Below, one piece after another: positions 20,066 through 29,228 of a stretch of DNA of 64,000 nucleotides. Where the stretch lies: positions 5,565 through 69,564 of the forward strand of contig JAKLKC010000012.1 in NCBI GenBank assembly GCA_023150875.1, given 5' to 3'. The notes beneath the pieces are model-generated. The model ran no database searches, was not told the DNA's origin, and saw nothing but the letters and a program-made list of their open reading frames with translations. Source of the DNA: Myxococcota bacterium. GTDB lineage: Bacteria; Myxococcota_A; UBA796; UBA9615; JAKLKC01. Positions within the stretch are counted from its first letter, which is position 1, and the number at the start of each line of letters is the position of its first letter. Position numbers and translations under genes: made by a program.

Positions 20066-20722
20066 CTACCCCATGGCCGGAACCTCGAGGGCGGCTCGGT
20101 GCAGGGTCAGGACGACCTCGGAGGCGCCCGGCGGGACTCCGTCGGCGGCCGCCCAGTGAAAGCGGGCACTCTCGACCTCGCTTACCACCCTCTTGAGCCA
20201 CGCGCGGGCGCTCGCCGAGACCGTGGGGCGCACCGACCCTTCGGCGAGCCTCGCCGCCCTCTCCGAGAAGTGGGTCCCGCCGCCGCGCTCATCGAGCATG
20301 ACGAGGGCCGGCACGACCTCGATCGCGTCGAGCGCGCCTCCCCCGAGCAGGTCCGAGATCCGGTACGGGCGCGTCCCCGAGAAGAGGGTCGGCTCCGGCT
20401 CCCCCAGCGCCTTCTTGAGCTGGATGGCGTAGCCGGCGGCCTGTGCGACGGCGGCCCCAGTCCGGTGGTGCCCGCGCCTCTTCGCCTCGACGACGAGCAG
20501 GAGCCGCCCGCGGGGGTCGTGGAGCAAGCCGTCAGGGCCGTTCTTGAACCCGCGCCCGCGAGCGCTCGCCTCGAAGCCCCACTCCGCATACCTGCCGTCC
20601 TGGTCCGTCAGCGGAATGGGTGTCAGCTCCCGCTCCTCGGCCGCGTCTCGCAGGATCCAGCGTACGCGCCCACCGGCGGGTGGTCGAAGCAGGTCCATCG
20701 TCCACTTCTGTTCCTTGAGCAT
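20066..20722 (-). CDS. restriction-endonuclease-like (HsdR N-terminal / PD-(D/E)xK) protein
   Basis: 'LHDPRGRLLLVVEAKRRG' resembles the D...hhhEaK nuclease core of HsdR_N/Mrr-type domains; ATG at 20720-20722. Confidence 0.45.
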   Translation of the reverse strand: MLKEQKWTMDLLRPPAGGRVRWILRDAAEERELTPIPLTDQDGRYAEWGFEASARGRGFKNGPDGLLHDPRGRLLLVVEAKRRGHHRTGAAVAQAAGYAIQLKKALGEPEPTLFSGTRPYRISDLLGGGALDAIEVVPALVMLDERGGGTHFSERAARLAEGSVRPTVSASARAWLKRVVSEVESARFHWAAADGVPPGASEVVLTLHRAALEVPAMG

Positions 20723-20871
20723 CGCTCGCTCCCGGGATCGCCGACATCGGGCCGGTGACGGTTCATCGTGGCACGAGGGCCGTTGGTCATGCCAACCAGG
20801 GCGACGCACCGTCGGCCCGACGAGGCATCCGCCGTCGGCGCACCGCCCGCCGAGACCTGCCAGCCTCGATA

Positions 20872-21150
20872 TGCTGGGCACCTCCGACACCTCCCCCCTG
20901 GACCTCGCCGTCGCCTACGCCACCCTGGCGAACGGCGGCGCCCGGGTGAGCCCCCCCTGCCCACCGAGGGCGAAGCGCCGGACGCGGCGGCCATCGACGG
21001 CTCGCCCGCCCCTTCCACCGCCTCGCCCGGCGGCGGCGCCGCCCCGCCATCCGCCGGGGGAGATCCCCCGCGGGATCCCCTGGCCCTCATCGCCCGCCGG
21101 AGGGCCGAGCGCGAGGCCCGGCAGCGGGGCCCAGGAGGGGTAGGGCGCGG
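20872..21150 (+). pseudogene. internally deleted copy of the PBP1A 3' end (matches 16384-16478 + 17025-17195)
   Basis: High nt identity to two PBP1A segments with ~550-nt internal deletion. Confidence 0.55.
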
Positions 21151-21201
21151 ACGAGGGCGGGCGTTGAGGCGGCCGGATGGCCCGGCGTGGGGAGGGAGAG
21201 G

Positions 21202-21405
21202 TCAGGGGACGGCGGAGTCGCCCTTCAGGTCGCCGGTGACGAGGTGGAGCAACTCGGTGGAGAGCTCGATCACCTGCTGGTGGGTGAGCCCGCTGCCCCG
21301 CAGCTCCTTGTAGAAGGAGCGGGCGAGGATCGAGCGCGCGCGGCGCCAGTCGTTGCCGGTGTACTGGGGACGCGTCTGCTGGGCCTGGGTCGCGACCTGC
21401 TTCAT
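21202..21405 (-). CDS. small hypothetical protein (67 aa)
   Basis: Strong RBS 'ggagga' 6 nt upstream of ATG; non-biased composition. Confidence 0.4.
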   Translation of the reverse strand: MKQVATQAQQTRPQYTGNDWRRARSILARSFYKELRGSGLTHQQVIELSTELLHLVTGDLKGDSAVP

Positions 21406-21595
21406 CGGAAGAGAGCCTCCTCCCCATGGGATGGGCCCGGGGTGGACCGGGAGTCGCGGCGTGCGGGTGCAGGCCCCGTGCCACGGCGGCGAACGAAAAT
21501 AGTCCAGTGATTCCGATGGTTTATGATCCAGGGGTGCGTAGCCCGCTGCGCGGTCGAGGGCCCAGGGGCGGGGCGCTGCGTAGCCGACTTCGCAC

Positions 21596-23161
21596 CTAGC
21601 CCCGGGCGAGGTCGTGGTCGTCCAGGTCGACCCGGAGGTGGCGGGCCAGGTGGGGGTGGACCCGCTGGACCTCCCGGAAGACCTGCTGGGCGACCCGCCG
21701 GTAGCTGACGTGGCCCTGTCGGGAGGAGCGCAGGGCCACGAAGTGGGCGAGGGAGCGCAGGTTCCAGGTGAAGAGCACCCGCTTGCGGAAGGCGAGGGGA
21801 ACGGCGTAGGGGGCGCACGCCGGGTGCTCGCGGCGGATCCGCTCCCAGGTCTCGTGGGAGCGCTCCATGTGGCGGCGGTAGGCGTCGCCGAGGCCCATCT
21901 CCTCCACCTCGACCGGGGTCGCGTAGCCCAGGTCGCACCCCAGATCCTGGTTGGACTGGGTGGCGATCCGGTGGCGCTGGACGTCCCGGAAGGCGCCGTA
22001 GTCCATCACCAGGTCGAAGGTGTAGGTGACGTGCTCCAGCTCCCGCAGGGGGGGATCGTGCCGGCCCCGGCGGCCCAGGTACTCGTCCAGGACCCGCCCC
22101 CGGGTCTCGGCGTCCATGGCCTCCGCCGCCCGGCGTGCCGCGCCGTAGGGAAGGTCCGAGAAGCGGTAGAGGATCGCCTCCACGAGGCGCACCTCGGCGT
22201 CGGCCTCCCACCGCACCAGGCGCACCCGGTTGCCCGCCCCCGCGTCGGAACCGAGGTCCTCGGGGAGGGCACCCGCCCCCCCTCCCGCCGCCTCCAGCCA
22301 CCCGGCGACCTCCTTCGCCATCGCCGCCTCGGTCTCCACCCGGTAGGGGCTCGCCTCGGCGTACTTGACCAGGGTGGGGATCACGTGGCGCGACTCCTCC
22401 TTCACGGACTCCCCGAGCCTCCGCACCTCGGCCAGGGGGTGGGAGAGCAGCTTGGAGATCGCCGACTCCAGCGAGCGGCCGTTGATCGTCACCCCCACGT
22501 TGGTGCAGGTGGAGGCGGGCAGGAGGTAGCGCAGCACGTCGCAGGCCTGGGCCCGGATGGCACCGTCGTGGACGGCCCGGGAGCGCCTGCCGGCGGGATC
22601 GTGGGGGGAGCGCCGCTCCAGCCACTCCCGGGCCACGGGCATCATCTCCCGGTAGCCGTCCATCAGGGCGTCGCAGTGCTCCTCCAGCAGCGCCCCCTCG
22701 GGGGTGCCCCGGAGCTCCGCCGGCCGGTGCCAGCGGTCCCGGTCGAAGACCACGTAGCGCGTGGACTTCTCGGTGAAGCTGGCCAGGCGCACGTCCTCCA
22801 GGGCCTTCGAGGCGAGGATGGACACGTCCTCGACGGCGACGTGGGCGACGGCGTGCTCGGCGACCGATCCGTGGCCGTAGCCGACGACCCACTTCTCGTG
22901 GAAGGCCCGGGCCTTGTCCCGGGCGCCGGCCAGGCCATCCCCGTCGGGCGTGGCCGGACCCGCCCCACCCACGTCCAGATCCCCCTGGCGGATCAGGCGC
23001 ACCAGGTTCCGGCGCAGGGAGTCGGGGCTCCGGCTGTAGTACGCGAAGAGCACCGCGATCACCTCCTCGGGGAGGTTCCGCAGGCAGAACACGTCGCCGT
23101 CCAGGCGGGTGACGTAGGGCGCCAGCAGGCGCGCCTCGCTCTCGGTGAAGGACTCGGTCAT
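21596..23161 (-). CDS. thyX: FAD-dependent thymidylate synthase ThyX-like (long, 521 aa)
   Basis: ThyX signature 'QRHRIATQSNQ' (RHRxxxxxS) in C-terminal half; ~2x usual ThyX length. Confidence 0.75.
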   Translation of the reverse strand: MTESFTESEARLLAPYVTRLDGDVFCLRNLPEEVIAVLFAYYSRSPDSLRRNLVRLIRQGDLDVGGAGPATPDGDGLAGARDKARAFHEKWVVGYGHGSVAEHAVAHVAVEDVSILASKALEDVRLASFTEKSTRYVVFDRDRWHRPAELRGTPEGALLEEHCDALMDGYREMMPVAREWLERRSPHDPAGRRSRAVHDGAIRAQACDVLRYLLPASTCTNVGVTINGRSLESAISKLLSHPLAEVRRLGESVKEESRHVIPTLVKYAEASPYRVETEAAMAKEVAGWLEAAGGGAGALPEDLGSDAGAGNRVRLVRWEADAEVRLVEAILYRFSDLPYGAARRAAEAMDAETRGRVLDEYLGRRGRHDPPLRELEHVTYTFDLVMDYGAFRDVQRHRIATQSNQDLGCDLGYATPVEVEEMGLGDAYRRHMERSHETWERIRREHPACAPYAVPLAFRKRVLFTWNLRSLAHFVALRSSRQGHVSYRRVAQQVFREVQRVHPHLARHLRVDLDDHDLARG

Positions 23162-23215
23162 CCCTTCCGATCCGGGCGCCGCTCGCGGGCGGCAGGTGGT
23201 TGGGGGGTGGACAGG

Positions 23216-24295
23216 CTAGAGGTAGTAGGTGAACGCCAGGCCCCCTCCGAGGGGGAACCAGTCGATCCAGTACCGCCACAGGTATGGGGCCGACACGGCG
23301 ACGGTCAGGTGCGCCCGGCCGGTAGGGCCGAGGACGATCTTCCCCCCCAGCGTCCCTTCGAAGAAGAGCGGCACCGCGGTCTCGTCGCCGGCGGTGCGGG
23401 TCGAGTAGTACTGCTCGAAGCCCATCTTCCCGTCGCTCTCGACGAAGAGATGGAAGCGCGGCGACAGGCGGAAGGCGAGGTTGAGGCCGAAGCGGAGCCG
23501 GGGCTCCAGGGGGGTGAACCGGAAGTCCCCCGCCGCCTGGAGCTGGATCTGCACGGGGGTTCCCGGCGGCGCGATCCCCAGGTGGAAGTAAGCCTCCAGG
23601 CCGAGGTCCAGGGCGGGGGCCTGCTGGTAGATCCCCCGGTCGAAGCCGAAGCGGAAGAGGCCGGCGGCGCTGACCAGCAGCCCGGTGCGGACGTCCTTGA
23701 CCAGGGCGTACCGCGCGCCCAGCTCCAGCGTCCCGCCCGAGCCGACGTCCCGGTTCGCCACCTGGGCGAAGGCGCTGAAGGAGCGCCGGAAGGCCCACTC
23801 GACCCCCGCCTCGTAGTTGAAGTAGGTGGTCGCGCCGTAGAAGAGGCTGCCGAAGGCCCGCTTTCGCGTGTTCCCCGGCAGGAACCGGTAGGGCTCGACG
23901 AAGGCCATCTCCTGGGTCCGGGCGTCCTCCACCTGCTTCGCCTGCTCGTCGGCGGCGACGTCCTCGTCGAACTCCTTCTCGACCCGCTTCCGGAGCTCCA
24001 CCGTGCGCTTCTCGATCTCGGCGCGGTACGGCGTCTCGGGATACTCCCGCAGGTAGTTCTGCCAGCCCTCGAGCTGTTCGTCCGCGGGGAGGGGCTTCAT
24101 CTCGCGCTGGAAGGCGAGGTAGAGCTCGGGGGAGTCCGCGGCGGCCTCGGAGAGGTCCTCCTCCGCGCCTCCTTCCCCTTCGACCCCCTCGTCGGGCGCG
24201 GGATCGTCCTCCTCGGCGAGGGCGGCCCCGGGGGCGAGGAGGCCCGTGCACAGGGCCAGGGCGGCGAGGCGGGAGCGGAGTGCGAACGGGCCCAT
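23216..24295 (-). CDS. outer-membrane beta-barrel protein
   Basis: Signal peptide 'MGPFALRSRLAALALCTGLLAPGAALA', alternating amphipathic strands, aromatic C-terminus '...FTYYL'. Confidence 0.55.
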   Translation of the reverse strand: MGPFALRSRLAALALCTGLLAPGAALAEEDDPAPDEGVEGEGGAEEDLSEAAADSPELYLAFQREMKPLPADEQLEGWQNYLREYPETPYRAEIEKRTVELRKRVEKEFDEDVAADEQAKQVEDARTQEMAFVEPYRFLPGNTRKRAFGSLFYGATTYFNYEAGVEWAFRRSFSAFAQVANRDVGSGGTLELGARYALVKDVRTGLLVSAAGLFRFGFDRGIYQQAPALDLGLEAYFHLGIAPPGTPVQIQLQAAGDFRFTPLEPRLRFGLNLAFRLSPRFHLFVESDGKMGFEQYYSTRTAGDETAVPLFFEGTLGGKIVLGPTGRAHLTVAVSAPYLWRYWIDWFPLGGGLAFTYYL

Positions 24296-24493
24296 AAGGG
24301 GCGACCTCCGGACGTTCAGCGGCGGCGGCGGCATGGAGCGGGACGGCCTCCCCCAGCGTCCGGGCGCGGCGGGGCCTCGCCCGCGGGGGGCCCCGATTCA
24401 ACAACAGAACGGCCGCCGGGCGCAAGGGACCGGGGTGGACCCGCATCCCCACGTCCGGGGATCGGCGAGGATCCCGTGATATACCGGGGCGGC

Positions 24494-25198
24494 ATGCGCG
24501 TCGCCATCGTCACCCCCACCTACAACGAGCGCGAGAACGTCGGGGAGCTGATCGCCCGGCTGGCCGCGGCCGTCCCCGGCGCCACCGTCGTCGTCGTGGA
24601 CGACGGCTCCCCCGACGGCACCGCCGACGCCGTCGACGAGGTCGCCCGGGAGCGCCCCGGCGTCCACCTGCTGCGGCGCCCCGGCAAGGCCGGGCTGGCC
24701 TCGGCCTACGTCACCGGCTTCCACCTCGCCCTGGCCCTGGGGGCGGAGCGGATCGTGCAGATCGACGCCGATCTCTCCCACGATCCCGCCGACGTGCCCC
24801 GCCTGCTGGCGGAGCCCGCCGACCTGGTGCTGGGCAGCCGCCACGTCCCGGGGGGCGGCACCCGGGACTGGTCCCTGCACCGGAGGATCCTGTCCCGCTT
24901 CGGCTCCGCCTACGCCCGCGCCTGCCTGGGCCTGCCCCAGCGGGACCTGACCGGCGGCTTCAAGGCCTGGCGCGCCGCCCCCCTGCGGCGCGTGCTCTCC
25001 AGGCCCCTCCTGGCCGACGGCTACGCGTTCCAGGTGGAGACCACCCAGAGGGCGGTGCGGGCGGGGTGCTCCGTCGTCGAGGTCCCTATCGTCTTCACCG
25101 AGAGGGCCCGGGGCGCCTCCAAGATGCGCCTGCCCATCGCCCTGGAGGCGGCGTTGCTGGTGCCCGCCCTCCGCCTGGCCCGCGGTGGCCCCCGGTGA
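24494..25198 (+). CDS. GT2 polyprenol-phosphate glycosyltransferase (Dpm1-like)
   Basis: 'IVTPTYNERENV', 'VVVVDDGSPDGT', 'QIDADLSHDP' GT-A motifs. Confidence 0.8.
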   Translation: MRVAIVTPTYNERENVGELIARLAAAVPGATVVVVDDGSPDGTADAVDEVARERPGVHLLRRPGKAGLASAYVTGFHLALALGAERIVQIDADLSHDPADVPRLLAEPADLVLGSRHVPGGGTRDWSLHRRILSRFGSAYARACLGLPQRDLTGGFKAWRAAPLRRVLSRPLLADGYAFQVETTQRAVRAGCSVVEVPIVFTERARGASKMRLPIALEAALLVPALRLARGGPR

Positions 25199-25295
25199 CC
25201 GCGGTCCCCCGAGGGCGCTTGCGGCCCCCCCGCCCCGGCCCCTACTCTTGGGCCGTCCCCCGGCCCTCGCCGCCACCTGTCCGCCGCGCCACCCC

Positions 25296-26055
25296 GATGG
25301 AAATCGCCCGCTACTTCCAGGAGGTCGAGCTGCTCCTGCTCCACCTGCGAGAGGAGGGTCACTCCCTCTCCTCCGAGGACCTCCAGGTGCTGGAGGCCTG
25401 GTGGGACGGGGGCGTGCCCCTCACGCCGGTGCTGGCGGGGGTCCGCAAGGGGGCGGCCCGCCTGGCCCGCCGCAAGCGCCGGCCCCGGGGGCTCCGCCTG
25501 AAGGCGGTGGGCACCGACGTCGCCCGCGAGGTCAAGAGGGCGGCGAGCCGGGGCGTGGTCTTCCCCCGGGACGACACCCCCGACGTCGTCCCTCCGCCCG
25601 GCGGTGAGATCCCGTGGGGCCTCGACGATCCCCCGGACCCCATCGCCCCCGACGGCGAGGGGGGGGGCTACGCGCCGGACGAGGGGGACGAGCGGGTCCA
25701 CGCCGCGCGGATCGCCGAGGCGCTGGCGGCCGAGGCCGCCCGGATCGCGGACACCTCCCCGGAGGCGGCGGCGTTGGTGCGCTCGGTGGCCGGCGAGGCC
25801 GCGGACCTGGGGGCCGAGAGGGCCTACGTCCGCCTGGTGGAGGTGTCCCGGGCCTTCTACGCCGCCCGCCTCGACGCCCTGGACGCGGTCCCCCGGGGGC
25901 GGCTGCTGGCGGAGTCCCGGGCCTCCCTGGGCCCGGCGGCGGCCCGCATGAAGCCCCAGGCCCTGGAGGAGACGGTGCGAGAGCTGGCCCTTCGCCGCGT
26001 GATGGCCGAGGATCCCGTCCTCGATCCCGACCGCGTCCTGGAGATCCTGCCGTGA
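25296..26055 (+). CDS. hypothetical protein, coupled to downstream AAA ATPase (possible loader/replication partner)
   Basis: Stop TGA overlaps GTG of next gene (GTGA at 26052-26055). Confidence 0.45.
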
Positions 26056-26939
26056 CCGGCCACACCCCTCCCCAGGCCCCCTGCGCCGTCCTGGCCGCCT
26101 TCGAGAACCCCCGCCCCGTCAACGCCGGCGGCCACGCCCGGGTGGACCTGCCGGTGCCCGTGAGCGCCTGCCCCGGATGCGAGGGCCAGGGGTTCCGGCG
26201 CGCCACCTTCGAGAACGGCTACGTCTACGTGCGGGACTGCGAGGGCAAGGCGGCCCTGCGCCGCGCCGAGCTGTACAACCGCTCCGGCCTGCCCGGGCGG
26301 TACGCGGAGTCGTCCCTGGAGCTGTTCCAGCCCCACCCCGTCTCGGTGGGGGCGGCGCGGGCGGTGGCGCTGGAGTTCGTCCGGGCGTGGCCGGCGGCGA
26401 AGGCGGGCGTCGTCTTCGTGGGGAGGCCCGGGGTGGGCAAGACCCACCTGCTGGCGGGGATCGTGCGCTCCCTGACCCTCGATAAAGGGGTGCCCTGCCG
26501 CTACGTGGACTTCACCCACCTGGTGAACGACCTGCGGGCCGCCATCGGCCGCCGGTCCAGCCCCGCGGAGATCGTCCGGCCCCTGGTGGAGGTGGACCTG
26601 CTGGCGGTGGACGACCTGGGGCGGGGCCTGCTGGAGACCGACTACGAGGCCTCGGTGATCGACGAGCTGGTCAGCCGGCGCTACAACGCCGACCGCGTCA
26701 CCCTCTTCGCCACCAACTTCCCCGACGACCCGGCGGCGGAGCCCTCGGCGTCGCGGCGGCGCGAGACGAACCTGAGCGAGCGGGACGTCCGCCCGCGCCC
26801 CCTGGCCGAGGTCGTGGGCGAGCGGGTGGTGTCCCGGATCCGCCAGATGTGCCGCTTCGTGGAGATCGAAGCCGAGGACTTCCGCGCCACCGCGGGTCCC
26901 CGGCCCCTGCGGGGGAGGCCGCGACCGGCGCGGGGCTGA
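26052..26939 (+). CDS. DnaC/IstB-like AAA+ ATPase with N-terminal Cys-rich region
   Basis: Walker A 'GRPGVGKTHLL', Walker B 'LLAVDDLG', 'CPGCEGQG...RDCEGKA' zinc-ribbon-like. Confidence 0.65.
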   Translation: MTGHTPPQAPCAVLAAFENPRPVNAGGHARVDLPVPVSACPGCEGQGFRRATFENGYVYVRDCEGKAALRRAELYNRSGLPGRYAESSLELFQPHPVSVGAARAVALEFVRAWPAAKAGVVFVGRPGVGKTHLLAGIVRSLTLDKGVPCRYVDFTHLVNDLRAAIGRRSSPAEIVRPLVEVDLLAVDDLGRGLLETDYEASVIDELVSRRYNADRVTLFATNFPDDPAAEPSASRRRETNLSERDVRPRPLAEVVGERVVSRIRQMCRFVEIEAEDFRATAGPRPLRGRPRPARG

Positions 26940-27044
26940 TGGGCTGGCGACACCTCCCCCCGTCGGTGGGGACGACGCCGCCCGGGGTGCGCTAGAATCC
27001 CCGCTTCGGCGCACCCCACCCCCCACCCCTCCCCGAGGACGCAG

Positions 27045-28724
27045 ATGGCCCGCGCCCACGGCGATCCCTGGCCGGAGCGGCGGCCCCCAGGCGGCTCCGC
27101 CGATCCCGACGAGACCTCCGATCCCCGTGGCCCGGGAAGGGGGTGGAGCCGCCTCCGCGCGGTGGCGCTGGTGGCCCTCGTCGTGACCCTGTTCGTGCTG
27201 GGCGTCTCGTGGATGCTGACGGCGCGCCGGGGCCAGGTGGAGGCCCTGCACCGGGTCGCCGGCAGGGCGGCCCAGGCCCGCCCAGCGGTGGAGCTGGTGG
27301 TGGAGGAGCAGGCGGTCCGGGACGGCGCGGTGGCGACGCGGATCTCGGTGGCGGACCTGGACCTCGCCGGGCGCCCCGGGGCGAGGCGCGACTTCTGGGT
27401 GGCGGGGGGGACGGCGCGGATCGGGGCGGCACGGGCGAGGGTGGTCGCCGCGCTGGCTCCCGAGGACCCCCTGGACCTTCCCTTCCTCGCCTCCCTGGCC
27501 GGGGAGGCGGAGGGGGCGGGCCAGGCCCAGTCCCTGTTGCCGGTGCGGGGCGCGCCCGGCTACCACGCCTATCGGGGGGACGAGGAGGAGCGGGTGGCCC
27601 GGGTGGAGCAGCTCGTGTGGGACGCGGTGCGTGCCGTGGCCGCGGGCACACCGTCCCCCGGGGGCTACGAGGCGTCCGTCGCCCGGGGCGAGGAGGCGGA
27701 GGTGGACCTGGTCCTCGGGGACCGGTGGATCGTGGAGGCCGACCACACGGGGCGGATCTCCGCCCGCGCCGCCCGCACGGCCGTCCCCGCGTTCGACCCG
27801 GCCCCCGTGCTCACCCGGTCCAGCCTGGAGTTCTCCGTCGCCCAGGTGGACCGCATGGTCGCCTTCGCCGGCCAGGTGGACCCCCGCGACGTCTTCTACC
27901 GGGTGACCCTGCGGGCCCGGAACCGCTCCCCCCAGGCCCTCGCGGTGGACACCTCGCTGCTCCGGCTGGTGGACTCCGGGGGGGGCCGGTGGAACCCCGA
28001 GTCCGCGGATCCGCTGGCCCTGGGCCCGGGGGCCGGCGCCTCCCTCCGCCTCGTGTTCCGGGTGCCTCCGGAGGCCGCGGGCCTGCGCCTGGAGATCCCG
28101 GGGGAGGAGATGGGCGCGGGGGAGCGGGGCCGCCCGGCGACCCTTCCCCTCCAGTCCCCGGAGCCGGGGATCGGGGACGTGGTGGCGTCGGGGCGCGTGC
28201 TCCTGGCGGTGCTGTCCGCCGATCGCCGGGTGGAGGCGGGCGAGTTCGTCTACGAGGTGGCCATCGGCGCCCTCAACCTCTCCCGGGAGCCCGTCGCCCT
28301 CGGTCCCGGCGACCTGTCCCTGGCCGATCTGCGCTGGGAGCACGCGCCGCCGGTGCGGGCGGAGGCCCTGTCGGCCGACCTCCCCCCGTTGGAGCCCCGC
28401 CGCCTCGCCGCCCGCTTCCCCGCCGGCCCCTCGGTCTTCCGCCACGACCCCACCCTCGTCATCAAGGACTCCGGGGATCCCGCCGCCCGGGAGGCGCGGG
28501 TGCGCCTCTCCCCGCCCCGCTCCTCCGAGCCCGAGGCCGTCGCCGACTACCTGGACCAGGTGGCCGCCGCCCGGCACTGGGCGTGGTCGCGGGAGCTCCT
28601 CGGCCGCAACCGCGGCCTGCTGGGCTGGCTCGGCGATCAGGAGGCCCGGCGCACCGACGCCGCCCTCCACGCCGACGCCGCCCGCCGCCTCTTCCCCGAC
28701 AGCGGCGTGTTCGGCGGGCCCTGA
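27045..28724 (+). CDS. membrane-anchored hypothetical protein
   Basis: Single N-terminal TM 'LRAVALVALVVTLFVLGVSWML'; 559 aa. Confidence 0.45.
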   Translation: MARAHGDPWPERRPPGGSADPDETSDPRGPGRGWSRLRAVALVALVVTLFVLGVSWMLTARRGQVEALHRVAGRAAQARPAVELVVEEQAVRDGAVATRISVADLDLAGRPGARRDFWVAGGTARIGAARARVVAALAPEDPLDLPFLASLAGEAEGAGQAQSLLPVRGAPGYHAYRGDEEERVARVEQLVWDAVRAVAAGTPSPGGYEASVARGEEAEVDLVLGDRWIVEADHTGRISARAARTAVPAFDPAPVLTRSSLEFSVAQVDRMVAFAGQVDPRDVFYRVTLRARNRSPQALAVDTSLLRLVDSGGGRWNPESADPLALGPGAGASLRLVFRVPPEAAGLRLEIPGEEMGAGERGRPATLPLQSPEPGIGDVVASGRVLLAVLSADRRVEAGEFVYEVAIGALNLSREPVALGPGDLSLADLRWEHAPPVRAEALSADLPPLEPRRLAARFPAGPSVFRHDPTLVIKDSGDPAAREARVRLSPPRSSEPEAVADYLDQVAAARHWAWSRELLGRNRGLLGWLGDQEARRTDAALHADAARRLFPDSGVFGGP

Positions 28725-28818
28725 CGCCGGCCCGCCGTGGCCGGCCCCTCCGGTCCGGTCCGGCCGGTCTCGCACGGTCTCACCGCCGGCCTCCCGGTCT
28801 CGCCCGGGGACGGATCTC

Positions 28819-28886
28819 GTCTCAGGATGAGACAACCAACGCGGCGCGTCCGTGTAAATACTCGAAATGGCAGGTGATTCGAGTAT
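28819..28886. promoter_or_regulatory. two adjacent palindromes (GTCTCAggaTGAGAC; ATACTCGAA-11nt-TTCGAGTAT) in an unusually AT-richer intergenic patch
   Basis: Seen directly; ~100 nt downstream of 27045..28724 and ~50 nt upstream of 28932. Confidence 0.3.
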
Positions 28887-28931
28887 CGGCCGGTCCGGCC
28901 CGGCCCTTGCTCCCTCCTCCGGGCGGAGGTG

Positions 28932-29222
28932 ATGAGCATGACCCGGATCCTCGCCGCCCTGGCCCTCGCCGCCGCCCTCGCCCCCGCCGCCGCCGCGGCC
29001 GGACCCCTCCCGGCCGGCCCGACCGCCCCCTCGGAGGGCGCCGCCCCCGAGGCCGTGGCCGGCGTGCGCGCCCCCGCGTGGGACGTGCTGCGGATCCGCC
29101 CCGAGGAGCGGGGCCGGAACGCCTGGGACTGCCAGGGCGAGTGCCAGGAGCGCCGCGACCGCCGCCGGGCGCTGCGGGTGCGGGTGGCGATGTCGGACGC
29201 GGGAGGGAGCGCCCTCCGCTGA
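28932..29222 (+). CDS. small secreted hypothetical protein
   Basis: RBS ggagg then ATG; signal peptide 'MTRILAALALAAALAPAAAAAG'. Confidence 0.4.
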   Translation: MSMTRILAALALAAALAPAAAAAGPLPAGPTAPSEGAAPEAVAGVRAPAWDVLRIRPEERGRNAWDCQGECQERRDRRRALRVRVAMSDAGGSALR

Positions 29223-29228
29223 GGCCGG

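Noticed and set aside
21402-25198. Two very long overlapping ORFs (21402..24452 minus, 21614..25198 plus)
   Set aside because: Low-complexity Arg/Gly/Pro translations overlapping thyX, the outer-membrane protein and the GT2 genes. No motifs.
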